Source of the DNA: the human T2T-CHM13v2.0 reference genome, Homo sapiens
Direction: 5' to 3' (one strand)
DNA: 64,000 nucleotides
NCBI RefSeq assembly: GCF_009914755.1
Contig: NC_060925.1
Positions 25,690-40,607 of the stretch are shown here, in pieces (position 1 is the stretch's first letter; every line of letters starts with the position of its first letter). A model generated the notes under the pieces. That model saw only the letters and a program-made list of their open reading frames with translations, was not told where the DNA came from and did no database searches. Both the position numbers and the translations under genes were made by a program.

Positions 25690-25916
25690 GCTTAACATAG
25701 TGATTGAGCACACTGCCTATTAGTCATACTAGTGAGTACAAATCCCAGCTCCACCACTTGCTAGCTGTGTGACATGAGGCAAATTATTAAACTCTATTGT
25801 GGCTCAGTTTCCTCATTTGTGAGAAGGGATCCAAATATGATATATCTCATAGAGTTGTCATGAAGCTTCAAATGCCTAACACATAGTGTGTGCTCCATAA
25901 ATGTAAGCTAGTATTA
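25690..25916 (+). mobile_element. MIR
   Basis: AAATCCCAGCTCCACCACTTGCTAGCTGTGTGAC...CTCAGTTTCCTCATTTGT. Confidence 0.8.
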
Positions 25917-26147
25917 TGATCATCAATCTGGAGTGTCCCTTTGCCAGTTATTTTGTATTCAGAAGGCCTCTGAAAAGATATATACATTAATGAAAAAACA
26001 AGAGCATGAGCTGCCTGATTCATTTCTCTGATAATTCTGTCAATTTATCACCCAGGATAGGGGATACTGGGGGGAAGAAAAAATGAGTCCAGCTGTGTGG
26101 AAGCAAGAGTGTGAGTTCTTCTCCGCAAGGGCTTTGCTATATACAAA

Positions 26148-26353
26148 GCAGTATGATGCAGGAGATAGCATGAGTCTCTCACCAACATGCATTTGAGGGC
26201 AAGCCCTGCCTCTTGCGGTGGTGAGACCTTCTACAAATTACTTCATCTCTCTAATCCTTGGTTCACTCAAAAATAAAATATTCTAAGAATTTAAATGAGA
26301 TTACATATGTAAAATACTTAGCTACAAGTTAGTGCCCAATTATTATTATTACT
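26148..26353 (+). mobile_element. MIR (degenerate), ending in (TAT)n
   Basis: GTGAGACCTT..CAAATTACTTCATCTCTCT...TTAAATGAGATT.CATATGTAAAA.ACTTAG. Confidence 0.6.
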
Positions 26354-26659
26354 CTTGACAGATAATTGACTTGTATCAGTCAATTTATCACTCAGGAAAA
26401 GGATATTGCTCCTTTTTTTCAGCAATAATAATAATTGCTCCTTTTTTCAATAATAATAATTATTATTATTACTTTTACCTTGGGAGATAAGATAGAGTGG
26501 AGATACATGGGTAGTTCAGACAGGAAGAGACCAGGAGCCATAGTATGAAGGCACAGAACACATTTAACATGGTTTACAAAAAGGGCAGTGGTCGGGGTGT
26601 TCATACACCAGCTGGGCCCTTCCCACTATCTATCCCTCCCAGTGAACTGCCAACTGTCA

Positions 26660-27215
26660 TATTCATCAGTCAGTCAACAAGTTTTATTGAGTCCCTCCTA
26701 CAGGCTGGGCACTTTTCCAGGTGCCAATTTTAAAGCAGTGAACATGACAGGCAATAGTCCCACTCTTAGTTAGCTTACATTCTGTGAGGACTCTTGGATA
26801 ATCAGGTGAGCGAAGAAGCAGGGAGGATAATTTCAGATTGCAAAAAGACAATAGGTTAGATAGGGAGTGCTGTGGGAGAAGGTACTGTAGCTAGAGGCGA
26901 AGAAAGGCCCACTGAAGAGGTAAAATTTAGCTAGGCTAGAAGGAAAAAGGGCCAGCCTCATCAGGTTCTCCAGAAAGGGCATTCCATTTACAGGGCTCTG
27001 CATATCAAAGGTCTTGAAGTGAAAATGATCTTGGCCTCTTCCCAGGCCCATGTGGCTGCTGCATGTAGGAGACCATGCTGAAAAGGGTAGCAGAGCCCAG
27101 GGCTAGGAGGGACTTGTAGGCCAAGCAAGGGGCGTGGATAGCAAGTGCTGCATGAAGCCAAAAAGGGCTTGAAGCAAGGGAGCAAGGTGATGGATTGACC
27201 ATACAGTCTCTTGCC
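26660..27215 (-). mobile_element. L2 3' fragment
   Basis: CAGTCAACAAGTTTTATTGAG...GGCACTTTTCCAGGTGC; TTTGAAGCA-type motifs. Confidence 0.65.
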
Positions 27216-27244
27216 ATGAACTCAAAAACTCACCAACCAGTAGC

Positions 27245-27470
27245 CATGTAGACTTTATAAGACTTGCATCCATTTATTTATTCTTGACAACAAACCAGTG
27301 AGGTGACTGAAGTAGGAATTTTGCTCGCCTAATTTTGTAAATAAGAAAACTAAGGCTCAGAGTGTCCAAATTTCCTAACTTGATGCCTCATCCAGTCAGA
27401 GTAAAATCAGTTAGTGGCAGAGGTATGGGGTCCAACCTAGGTTTTGGGATTCCAATCCTGACTTCTATCT
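27245..27470 (-). mobile_element. MIR
   Basis: ATTTTGTAAATAAGAAAACTAAGGCTCAGAG...TTAGTGGCAGAG. Confidence 0.65.
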
Positions 27471-28900
27471 CTTACAAGGAATTCAGTTCACTCTTCCTAT
27501 TTATTCTACTAAGTATTTCTTTAAGTTTTGATTATTTTTCTCCTGTTTGTTTTTCACACCTTATGATTCCTATTTGATTTCCCATTAGGTCCTGCCAACT
27601 AAGGGTAAACTCCTAGGATGTATGTGTTAGGCTTCTGTGAGTGGTAATAACCACAGAGCTACAAGAATCACTGAACGCATAAATATGACATGACTCTTCT
27701 TGCCAATCCCCTCGTGGAAGTGCGTGCTGAGCTTAAGGAGAAGCCTGGTGAGGGGTTCAGACCGGCAATGTAGACAGAAGCATTTGATCAACATCTACAA
27801 AGATTTCATGGGCCCTTCCAGACCTTTCCACAAACTGTGCTCATTAAAACAACAGGCACAGTAATTTGTGTTATATGCTAAGTGCAACATTTGTGATTCA
27901 GTATTTGTGGTATTTACGGTTTTCTACTTTACTGGACCAAAAATGCACAGAACCCCGAATAACAGCAGTCAAAGACAGCTTTACATATGTGCTCTGACCC
28001 GGAAAATGAAAGGAGTTTCTTAAAATTTAATGAGAGGTAGAAAGAAACACTGGTTCTTTTCAAAATTTTAGTATTGACAGTACTAGTAGTGGTACTTGTA
28101 GTGATTTAGCTATAAAAGTAAGATATACTTGGGTGTAATGGTAAAGATTTAGGGAAATTGTGCTGTATTAATCAAACAAAATAAAGAAAATGTTCATTAA
28201 CTGCATAGTTTGTAAGCGCCACTTTTTTTTACTGTTTGTTAGGAAGATGGAGGCATGCACTGGAAACACTAATTCTAATTATTACTGTAAGTGGGAGTTT
28301 CTGGCACAAGGTCAAGAAATAATAGGAGAATGTGTGAATCTCAGTATTGAGCTGCAGTAAGCCTAATCATTTGAATAAAGCCAGTTGTTTTTTCTTGGAC
28401 CGTCTCTGGGTTGTTCAGTGTTCTGGATGAATCTAACACAATCAGGCTGTTCTCTGGTGTATAACCACTTCCTGCTGACTCAGGGCAACTTGCTTCCTCT
28501 GCCGTTTATTAAAATGAAACATTCATATTAAAACCCCATTTTTTAGTGATGACCAAATGTACATTAGTAATGACATTATTAAAACTGTTTTGTTTAAAAT
28601 GAACTTTCACACTAGCGTGTTGCAAAGCGGCACAAACAAATCTATGTGATTTCACTAGAGATGGTTTAAAAAGCTTGCAGATCTTTCTGGCACTATTACA
28701 GAAGGGGATTTGATGTCTGTTTCAGGAGACAATCTAAGTTTTTATGGCCATAAAAAAATGAATACTGTTCCAGTACTCCACATAGAAAATAATGTATAAT
28801 TTATAATGTTTCATTAACATGCAAATGTGAAATAGTGTCTTCTATGTTTATGTCTACTAATAATCTATCAAATATTTAGAGGCATAGTAAAGAATACTAA

Positions 28901-29269
<369 letters not shown>

Positions 29270-30229
29270 CTGTCCATATATTCACATATGCAAAAATGTG
29301 GGAGAAGCAGATAAGCAAATAATCAATTTAGTAATGGTGTTTGTAAAATAAGACAATAACCCGAATCTTTATATAGTTCTTGTAACTTTTCATAACATTT
29401 TCACATAGGATGTCTTGGCCAACCACAGCAACAATAACATGAGGCTGATATTCTCCCCATTTCATGGATGATAAAACTAAGCCAATGGTTAACTGGATTG
29501 TTTTGTAAATATTTGGCCACCCAGTCAGCACAATGTCCTAGGAGTCATGCTTTATAATTCACTGCACCTCATTGCTAAACAGAATCTTAGGTATAAGATC
29601 AGAGTTCCAAGGTTTTAATAAATATATTTGGCTAAGACCATTACATATAGTTTGCACTGGCTATAGAATCTGAAATTATCAGTTCTATTTCTAGAGTGCT
29701 GAGAGTCTCCATTGGTTCATCCTACAAATATTCACTTAGCAAAGCATTATGCTCCTATGTGCTCAGCATTCTTACCAGGAGCCTGATGGGAACCAGAGAT
29801 GAATCAGACACAGACATGACATCAACAGTAGAACAGTAGAGTCCAGAAGACAAGCTATGGAAGAAAATTACTGTAATAAAAGTAGAATTGCATCAGAAGC
29901 CATTAAAAGGGTACAGAAAATGTTTAAAGGAAAGAAAGAATGCTTTCAGATGGAGAGAGGATTTAGGCAGACTTCACTGAGGACTTATGGATCCAGGATC
30001 CAGTGATTGAAAGAAACCATTGAAGATCTAAAGCCCAATCAAGTGGTGTTTTAAGAAGTTTAATCCCAGAGGCCATGTGGCAAACTAGAGGGAGGAAGGA
30101 CGGTTAGCTGGCTATTAAAGTATTTAGGAATAAGGGAACAAATTCCCAAACAAAAGGATGATGGAAATCAATAGAAAAGAAATACTTCAAAGTCAAAATT
30201 CTGGAAAAATTCTTACAACCAAACACTGA

Positions 30230-30607
<378 letters not shown>

Positions 30608-31376
30608 TGAATGACTTGATACAGCCCATGTCTTCAAGGAATTTGGAGTTGAATGAAAATGTCTTTAATCACTGTACTGGGATCTCCATATATTTGAAGT
30701 GAAATTAAGGACTGGGTTACCTTTTGACAGTATAACTCCTCAACTCACAAACTTTGGCTGTTACTCCTTTGGCCAAACCTGGAGACTGACCTCCATTACA
30801 AATCTTAAGCATATTAGAAATAATCTAGCAAATTGAAGTGTAAGTAAAGGAATAGAGAGATAGCTACAAAGATTATACACATTAAAAATATCACAATGGC
30901 TGAAAATCCTTCCAGACTGCATTTTGAATCTGTTTCAAAGAGAGAGTACTTGGGTAATATTTGAAGCCACAGGTACCTGTGATATAATCCTTGCTACCCA
31001 AATGGTGTTGCTATTCCAAGAGGTCCACTGCCCTATCTCCTGTTGGTGGGATCCTCTCTAGTAAAACTGTGGCTTTAAGGATGTCTTTATACACCCACTA
31101 CTGGTGAATATTTCTGTGTCCTAAGTACACTTTTACATTTTTAAGGCTTTCTTATCTACCTCTCAGGGAAGACTCCATGCTGTACCTTGGCCCCTAGACA
31201 TTATGTCACACCCATAGACACTATCATAATGAAACATTTATTGTATAAAGTCATTTTCATACTTTATAAAGTGGGTTTGTGCTTTGCTTATCTGATTACA
31301 ATGTCAAGAACTTCTGTAGAACATTTCATTCAAGTATTTGGGTGATATTTTCTTCGGGATTTATCTATATCACTAA

Positions 31377-31677
<301 letters not shown>

Positions 31678-33044
31678 TACTAATTCTTAATTACACATGA
31701 CAATGGGTATATCATTCAGGGTATAATCAGAGAAACAGAACACCTGTATGGTGCCTGGTATATGGTGGGCTCCCAGTAAATAATCATTTATAATGAATGA
31801 AAGGTCTTCTGATACTTAGCAAACAATATGGATACTCTGTGTCTACAATAGGAAAGTCATCATGAATTCATTTTTTAGTGTAATTACCATCTGATGTACC
31901 CATGTCAAACATATCAAATCTCTTTTCATGACAGAATGCAGTCCCACAAAATGAAAGGGAAGCACAAGGATAGCTACCTTTACCTTAGCTTTACCAGAGG
32001 ACTGATATCTTGTCCTGCAAAATTTGCTTTGCTTTCACACCAAATAAACAGTAATTCTCAAATGCAAATAAGCGGACTAGGATTGGGTTGACTAGAGGGG
32101 TAATTTGTTTCAAAAAACATAAAGACTAATAACGTTCTCATCTGAGAACTGCTCACCTTACCACTGCCATCGAGTTTCAAATTCAGTAGGTATGGGGTAG
32201 AATATAGGGCATAAGAATCAGCGTTTTAATGTGGTTCCCCTGATAATTGTGTCATAAAGCCAGGCTTAGAAATCAGGGGCCTGCAGCACACACGTCTGGC
32301 ATCAAGATCATTCACGGTTGGCAGTGGATCAGTGGCAGTCTGGGGTGGAAGAGCACGGAAAGCCATGCTCCCCAGAATCCATGGATCTGATAAAACTCGT
32401 GAGAAACTTTTTTTTAATTGCATATAGAAGTTGAGCAGAAGAAATTTGTTGTTATAGCCACATTAACAAAACACATTTTTACAGACCAACTTACAGCTCA
32501 TGAAAAAGGCTTTTTTATATGAATGGCTTTACCACCATATGGTTGCTGTGAAGTCACTTGTCAGCCTAGGACAAGTAGAGTGTGATCTCACAGAGAAGCT
32601 CATGGAGTCTCACGAAAATCTGCTCAATGGTGAGGGGAGTCAGAAAATGTTTTAAAAGGACAACTTTTACCCTGATTATAATAGCATTTTAGAGAATTTT
32701 AAGTGTGGGAAGCATAGATGTGACAACATAGTACATCCAAGGATAGCTAACAGAAATGTATCAATAGGAATAACAGAACTGATGACTCAACAATGATTGG
32801 TAATTAGGTTCTACAATAAGCTGCATAATATCAGAGAAATGAAGATATTGTTAATTGTTTTTAAGAGACTCCTCAGAGGCCAAAAATGATTCCCCGACTG
32901 GCCTAAGCAAAACCATAATGGAAGTTAAGCTGTTGGCACAGAGAAGCAAACAAGCAGCAGGAATCTAGATGTTCATCTTTTCCTTTGTGAAGTCCATACT
33001 GTGTGCAAGATCCATGGTTAAGATGATAGAGGGAGTGGGCTTAG

Positions 33045-33473
33045 GTAAGTATACTGTGCCAAGCGTACTTCCTAGAGTGTGTAAAATGAACACTGCCAGG
33101 TTCTAGGTGTAGCTCTTCCTAGTTAAACATAGAGTGGAGTGATGCCCATAAGAATACAATCTTAGCTCTTATTGGTAGTAATACAATCACAGCAGTTTTA
33201 TGAGAATTAAAAATGACCATAGAAACATGGGGATACGAAAAGCTATTTAATTAACAGACTTTCTCAGATAAGGTGATTGACCTATTTGATAAGTTGAAAA
33301 AATAGTTCCATTATTTTTCTAGATTTTCTTGCCCTGTATATGTGTGATGATCTGTCTGACTGTCACAAATACCAGTAGTATAGCACTGATACTTACAGTC
33401 ACAGCGTTGTTTAAATTCTTACTTTCAAAGAGCATAATTTCTGCCAGGCCTGACTTTTTTTCTTTTTTTTTAG
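33045..33473 (+). other. Candidate GT-AG intron (429 nt) of an unidentified spliced non-coding transcript
   Basis: donor TAG|GTAAGTAT; branch CTGAC (A at 33453), uninterrupted pyrimidine tract, TAG|G acceptor. Confidence 0.4.
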
Positions 33474-35494
33474 GTCTCATCCTATGAGCTTGTGCTGATT
33501 TGCTGATTTACATATCTCCACTGGCGAAAATCATATCTGTTCCTTAGGTCCAATTTTCAAGTTCCAAGCATTGGCAGTGTGACCACAAATATCTATGATC
33601 TGATGCTTTATTTGATTTTTGTGTGTTTGTTTTAATGGAAGTGTAGAAAGGGAGGGAAGAAGGGAGGGGAATATTTGATTTGCTGTCTAGCCAACACAAT
33701 TCTAAAAAGCATTAAGTGGAAACTGCTACAAGTGTTTATTTTCTAACTCTTTCTGGTATAATGGGAACAGTCAAGATCTGAACAAGAGTCGATATAAGGT
33801 TTGCGGTTTATGATAAGCATATCAGCCAGTGGATAGACTAAACCCCAGTGACAGCTGTGATGGTTCTTGGAATCAGACATCCTTCAATAACATGTTTCCC
33901 CAAAGCTTATAGACATTGTTGTAGAATAGGGTCAAGGCTTATGGCAGATGTTGAATGTCTCTGAGCTATATGAAATTTCTCTCTGTGGATTCGTGCCTAA
34001 CAACCATTACATCAAACCACAGGTACAATGAAGCCCATTTTCCTTTTTGACGTGATACTGTTGTTATTTTAGAGGCAAAGCCTTATGCTATTGCTAGCTG
34101 AAAAAGACACTAAAAGCCAAAAGAGTGCAGGCACAGAATTGGGAACAATTGGGCTATAGTGACCATGAAAACATAAAGCAATGATTTTACCCAGCACAAA
34201 CCATGTAGGTCATTACAGTATGGTGTCTTGGAACAAGGACACCTAAAATAACAATGATCATTGCTTAAAAAAATTAATTTTGTGGAAATTCTTATAATGT
34301 TAACATACTTCATAGATATGATTCTACCCAACTGTGACCTTTGTTATGATAGCAAATGATCATTTTTTTCATAGAAAAAGAAAACTCGACTGCTTAATTG
34401 ATTGATTCATTAAAAGAAATCTTGTAATTGAACTATCATGCCAAGTTTACTATGAGCATCTGATAAAAGAAAGTAAGATGATAAACAGCAACGGGTCAGA
34501 TGGCTTCCAAATATCAGTGAACGTCCATAATACCTATTGAACTACTTGTAATTCATCAAGAAATACTGGATGGATAGAAATACCCTTGGTAATGTGGATA
34601 AAGTTAAAGGAAGTAAAAGTAAAATTTCTGTACTCACTAGGCATTCTTGGAAAAACTAAATCTATTTTAAGAATAGTAACAGGAAAATTGTAAGAAAATA
34701 CTAAGAAACAAAAATTACAGGGCTGACTCAAATTATTAATAATGTTAATATATAAAGCTGCCATCTTAATAGTTTATAAAAATGTTATATGTTATCTCAT
34801 TTTATAAGCACAATAATAAAATGACTTGCCTCTCATCAATATCATACTCCTATCAGATCCTGGGTGATAATCCTATCTTCCCGCCACCAGAGTACTCTTC
34901 TTTCCACACTTTTCTATCAGTGAGCGACAGAAAAAATTTAGAAAAGTTCAGTAGAAAAATACACCTGAAATTTGATTACAGGATGTAAATGCCTTTGACC
35001 CTGAATATCAGATATGATTTGCTCTCCAGGATTTGTTGACCTTTGGTGGAAAATAATCTACCAGACCTTGTGAAGAACCAGGAGAAGGGTAACAGACATC
35101 TAGCTGCTTGATTCTAGTTCCATTAAAGACTACTTCAAGGAGGAAGAAGAGTTTTCCTGAAAATTGGCCAGAGGCCCCAGTTCACAGAAGTCCCTTTGCA
35201 GGTTGGCCTCTTTGTCTCCTACATGGAAGGAAACTATCATCATGTGTCCTCAAACCCCTGCAATCCTGTCACTTTGCAAGATGTATCTAGCAGTTACCAA
35301 AAAAAAAAAAATGAAATGGATATTCTACAAACTGCTAGAGAACAGATGTCTTGAATAGGCAAGACAATACTCACATGATGTATGGTTTACTTTTTCCTGA
35401 TGCGTTGTTTTGTTTTTGGTTCAGCGAATAAAACATACATTCTCCTACGCGCATTCTCAAGGACCAGAAGCATTATTTTAAAAAGTTCCTCCCA

Positions 35495-35802
35495 GGCTGG
35501 GCACAGTGGCTCACACCTGTAACCCCAGTACGTTGGGAGGCCAAGGCAGGTGGATCACTTGAAGTCAGGAGTTCGAGACCAGCCTGACCAACATGGTGAA
35601 ACCCCGTCTCTACTAAAAATACAAAAATTAGCTGGGCATGGTGGCACACACTTGTAATCCCAGCTGCTTACGAGACTGAGGCAGGAGAATCCCTTGAACC
35701 CAGGAGGTGGAGTTTGCGGTGAGCTGGGATTGCGCCACTGCACTGCAGCCTGGGAGACAGAGCAAGACTCTGTCTAAAATTAATAAATAAATTAATTAAT
35801 AA
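35495..35802 (+). mobile_element. AluSx-like with (TAAA/TAAT)n tail
   Basis: two-arm Alu, GGATCACTTGAAGTCAGGAGTTCGAGACC. Confidence 0.95.
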
Positions 35803-36899
35803 TCTATTTTCAAGCAGAAAGGAATATCCAGTTTTTAAAACATATTCTGCAATGTTATTTGTCACAAAAATATTTATATAATAGTGTACATTTTTATTTT
35901 TCTTTGTACTTAATTTTTCTAAGTATCATTCTAAATATGGGAATAAATCATTGCAAAGCATTACATTTGAATAGTTTAGCAACATTAGCCAGTAATCTCA
36001 AAATATTGTTTAACTTCGACTTTTTTGTGACCATTTAAAAAAGAAGTATGCGTTTAAGTTACTACATGATGTACTCTATGCCTGCTGTAATCCTATTAAC
36101 AAAGTTTTTAATTCTAGAAAATAATAGAAAGCCTAACATTTTACTTCCTTTTAAAAAAACATAATATTACATATATAAAACTTTATCAGAGTTAATATGA
36201 TAAGCTAAGCAGAAAAGTTTAATATTATTTATGGTTTCATGATGTGTAACATGGTAATTTGGGCCTTACCTAGTAATAAACCTAGTTCAAATCCAAGTTT
36301 TTTCTTGTTTTTGCTTCCCCCTTGCCTCCCAGTAACATAACAGAACTCCTTTAAAGATGTGAAACAGATTTTATACCTTCTTCCCAGTGCTGATATTTCA
36401 GGAAAAAATCTCTCACCATTTAGACAATGAGTATGCAAAATGGGAAGTGGAAACTCAACACACATTTCATTAATTCGATCTAAGTAAATATCCTAGAGAT
36501 AACTCAGTCTGAAATAGCCACACAATTTCCAGCAATGTTGTGTTTCTTAATAAATATAAAGTGCAATGTTAAAGTCACTTACCTTCTCTATTGCAGGAAT
36601 GAAATTATTTGGGTTGGTTATCTACATGGATCAGAGTGCCAAGTCTCCCTTCACTTTGTAATGCATAGACCTAGCCTTTGTTCTGTGCCCCTGAGCATTA
36701 TGGTAAAAAATGAAAGCAATTAAGGAGTTTCTGGGAATTATCTTATTATTAAGAATTGCAAACTCATCTGGCATAAAGAGAAATGATAGTAAAAGGCTGA
36801 CAAATGTCTAAAGAAAGGTAGCTAGAAGCATAGAGATGAAAATGAAGATGAAATGGGGAGAAGATAAGTATGAGTGTGACCATCAAACAGATGCTTATT

Positions 36900-37200
36900 T
36901 ACATTCATCCTTTTAACAAACATATATTGCATGCTTACCAGGGTGAGATGCCATGTTAGGCACTAGGAATAGAGAAGTGAACAAGTTAAAGTCTCTATGA
37001 CCAAAGTGTTCATATTAATGGAAGATTACAGGAGATCTATGATTGCTATAGATTTATGAGAGATGTAAAAGAGGTGGACGGGATAGGTATTCTGGGGAAA
37101 GCATAGAGAAGAGTCTCTGAATGATCAGGAGAGGCTTAGGAAATGCTTCCAAAAAAAGTAATGTTTGTTCTGATCACGAAGGATGGTGTCATTAGCTGGT
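36900..37200 (-). mobile_element. L2 3' fragment
   Basis: CATTCATCCTTTTAACAAACATATATTG..TGCTTAC...TGTTAGGCACTAGG. Confidence 0.6.
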
Positions 37201-37298
37201 TGCCTCTCACAAAAGAGAACTTGAGGCTGATGTATAAATAATATTTACAAGGAGAAAGTTATGTGCTTGAACCTAGCATATTTAGTGAGTGTTAATGA

Positions 37299-37657
<359 letters not shown>

Positions 37658-39594
37658 CAGGTCGTTGTAACAGAGGAAACTGATAAGTTAAGACATAGAC
37701 CATGAAGGAGCATTGAATTGAGTCATGAAAGTTCTGAATTGAAGTCTAGCACATACACATAAGTCCCTTGGTATTGGGTCTACTTTATTGCTGAGGGGAT
37801 TTTGTTTCACTGGCCTATGAGAGTGATAGAGCAGTATAGTGGGAAAGGCACTGAACTCTACCACCAGCCTAAGCTACCCGTGGGACTCTAGACAACAGTC
37901 TCAAACTCTCCAGACTAATTTTCTTCATTGCAAATGAGGAGGTTGGACCAAGTGATCTTTAAGGTTTTTTTGGCTTGAAATTTCTGTGCTCTTTTTCTTC
38001 ATTTTGAACTCCACCACTTTATAAATAGAACTAATGAGAGGCTGCCCTTGCCCTATCTCAATACTGAATAGAGAAAACAGTAAGTCACATGACCAAATTG
38101 AGCCAATCACCTAGTTAGGTAGTGATATCTTCCATTTAATGAGGCTTTCTTGGAGATAGAATTCTGGTTATAAAACCACAAGTGTGTTGATTTGTGACAG
38201 AAGCCACAAGAGGATGGTACACATGGGAGGAAAATAATTAATTTCCACACCTCCTACTTAAGCAGGAGTCCAGCTATGTAGAATAAGAATAAAAGTGAAA
38301 TATTATAAGTCCATCTGTAGATTTTGTTTTTTTACTGAAGTGGGCCAATAAATTTTAACATCACTGCCAACTCAACTTTTACTTTTAAAAAATTCCAGTA
38401 AAAAATTCACAATTTCAGCTTTGTGGTGGTTTCAATTTTAAAAAGAGAAGGGATGGGGGAGTCAGAGACAGTTTCAGTCTTTGTGAGGCTGAGCTTTACA
38501 GTTTATCTGATTTGAAAGTAAGACACCTCAATGCAATAATATTATAAAAGGTAACTTGAATTCTACATTCACAGGAGTATTCTCAGCACTTCTAACTACT
38601 GGTTTGGCACTCTGACAGGAAATATTTTGAGGCTCCTACACGGGCAGTGCAGCCGTTTCACATTAATCTTAAAAAGCTTTCTGGAAATTATGGATTTTTG
38701 CTTTCAATTTCAAAATGGATATGTAGCACACATATGTAAACTATGAAGCAATCTTGCAAATTCTAGTGGAAGAAGGACTATTGTCTATGGAAGAGGCTAA
38801 CATTTTAAAAGCAAAATAAAATAAGTAAGATTTATTTAAATAGGTATTTAAGCTAAGACTAAGGACAACTTGGAAATGCAAGGAGTGCTTCATAGGAGTT
38901 ACTCGTAGATGTTCACATGAGAGGTAAAAAGTAAATCGGTGCAGAGAATGGACAAGTCAACTCCACAAAATAAATCTGCCTTTTTAGTCAAGAATGTTCT
39001 TAACACTAAAATTAAATGCAGACATTAGGTTTTCAGGACACAGAGTCAATATAGTGACATAGGTCAAATTAATCGTATCACCTCACATCAGAATGGCTGA
39101 CAGAATTAGAAACTATAAAATATCTAGAAAAACATTCTTGAGATGACCACAATTAAATAAGGGCTAATTTCAGTCTTTTAGATAATTTGCATATAGCCAT
39201 GCATTCCAGTCTTACTCATCATCTCAGTGACCCATCAGTTTAAAGATTTATCTTGATCATGGTGTGTTTAGAGAAATCAGTATCATTTTATACAACATTG
39301 GTTGGTACAAAGTGACTGATAGCTCTGAGTCCTATACTTAAGTAGATGGGCTCAAGATCTTCATTTGTTTCTATCAAAATAATTCTGGGAAGTTCTGGTA
39401 CCAATAAAAATTAGACTAAATTCTAATTTGAATTTTTTTTTAGTAAAAAATTCCATTTCATTACAGTGAGATTTTTAACTCTTTGTGTATGTGTGTGTGT
39501 CATATCCACATGCACACACACAAGCACTCACACATTAACACACACGATTAAGATGGAAAACTATGGAGGACATATACATTATATTTCAATATTA

Positions 39595-39800
39595 CAGAAG
39601 GTCCTGACTTATGATGGCTCAACTTACAATTTTTTTGATTTTATGATGGTGCGAAAATTCTATGCATTCAGCATGCTCCCCAGTGTAAGATGGGGTTACC
39701 TTTGGAGAAACCCAACATACATTAAAAATATAGAAAGTCAAAAACACTTTCAATTTATGATATCTTCAACTTATGATGAGTTTATCATTGAGAGCATCTA
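39595..39800. mobile_element. MER47/Tigger5-derived MITE, internally rearranged
   Basis: CAGAAGGTCCTGACTTATGATGG...GATGGTGCGAAA end, then GATGGGGTTAC and its inverse ending GAGCATCT. Confidence 0.7.
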
Positions 39801-40097
39801 CACAGTATTAGAATATACTAATAGATTTCTGGTATGCTCAATAAACATAGTTTTCTTTAAACATATAAAGATTCATTTTAAGCCATGAGCATAATAAGGG
39901 AGTTAATTCTTTTTACCTGAATCTGTGACCCATTCATTTATCCAAAATTATATTGTTAGCTTAATATGTGCTAGCCACCTGTATCTTCTGCATACATTAT
40001 ATTAGATTGTGTGTTTTTGTCATCACAAAGAGTTCAATAATAAAATAATATGATTGTAGCAGAATAATCCATGTAAAATATTGATTATTTATTTTCA

Positions 40098-40190
40098 CAC
40101 TTACCAGTTTATCATAAAGGATATCACAAGGGATGCAGATGCAGAGACACATACGGTGAGGTATGAGGGAAGGTACAGAGCTGGCCCATC
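40098..40190. mobile_element. MER21/MER77-like ERVL LTR fragment
   Basis: TTACCAGTTTATCATAAAGGATATCACAAGGGATGCAGATG.AGAGA...GAGGTATG. Confidence 0.5.
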
Positions 40191-40607
40191 AACCTTACCC
40201 TACTCTCAGAAGCTGACTTGTGCACTGATGTTTATTAATGTATTTTTTATTTATTAAATAATTATTGGGTGTCTGATATATGCTAGATATTGTTTTAGGC
40301 ATGAGGGATGGGGTAGATCTGTAAGCAATCCATCAAAATCTCTTCCTTCACAGAGTTTATATTTTGGTGGAGGAGAAACTGTAAGTTTTATGGTTGTGAA
40401 TGATGGCAGTGTTATGGAGAAAATTAAAGCAGGCTGAACAGGGATGCAGAAAATTGGTGTGGGGGTGGCAATTTAGAATAAGGCATTAGGAAAGACTTTA
40501 CTAGGTTGACATCGAGCAGTAGCAATATTAGTAATGCACTTTCATTCCACTTATACTTGGTTAAGTGGTTAAAATATTCAATTTTGAGCAGCTAAGTAGA
40601 TATTTTA

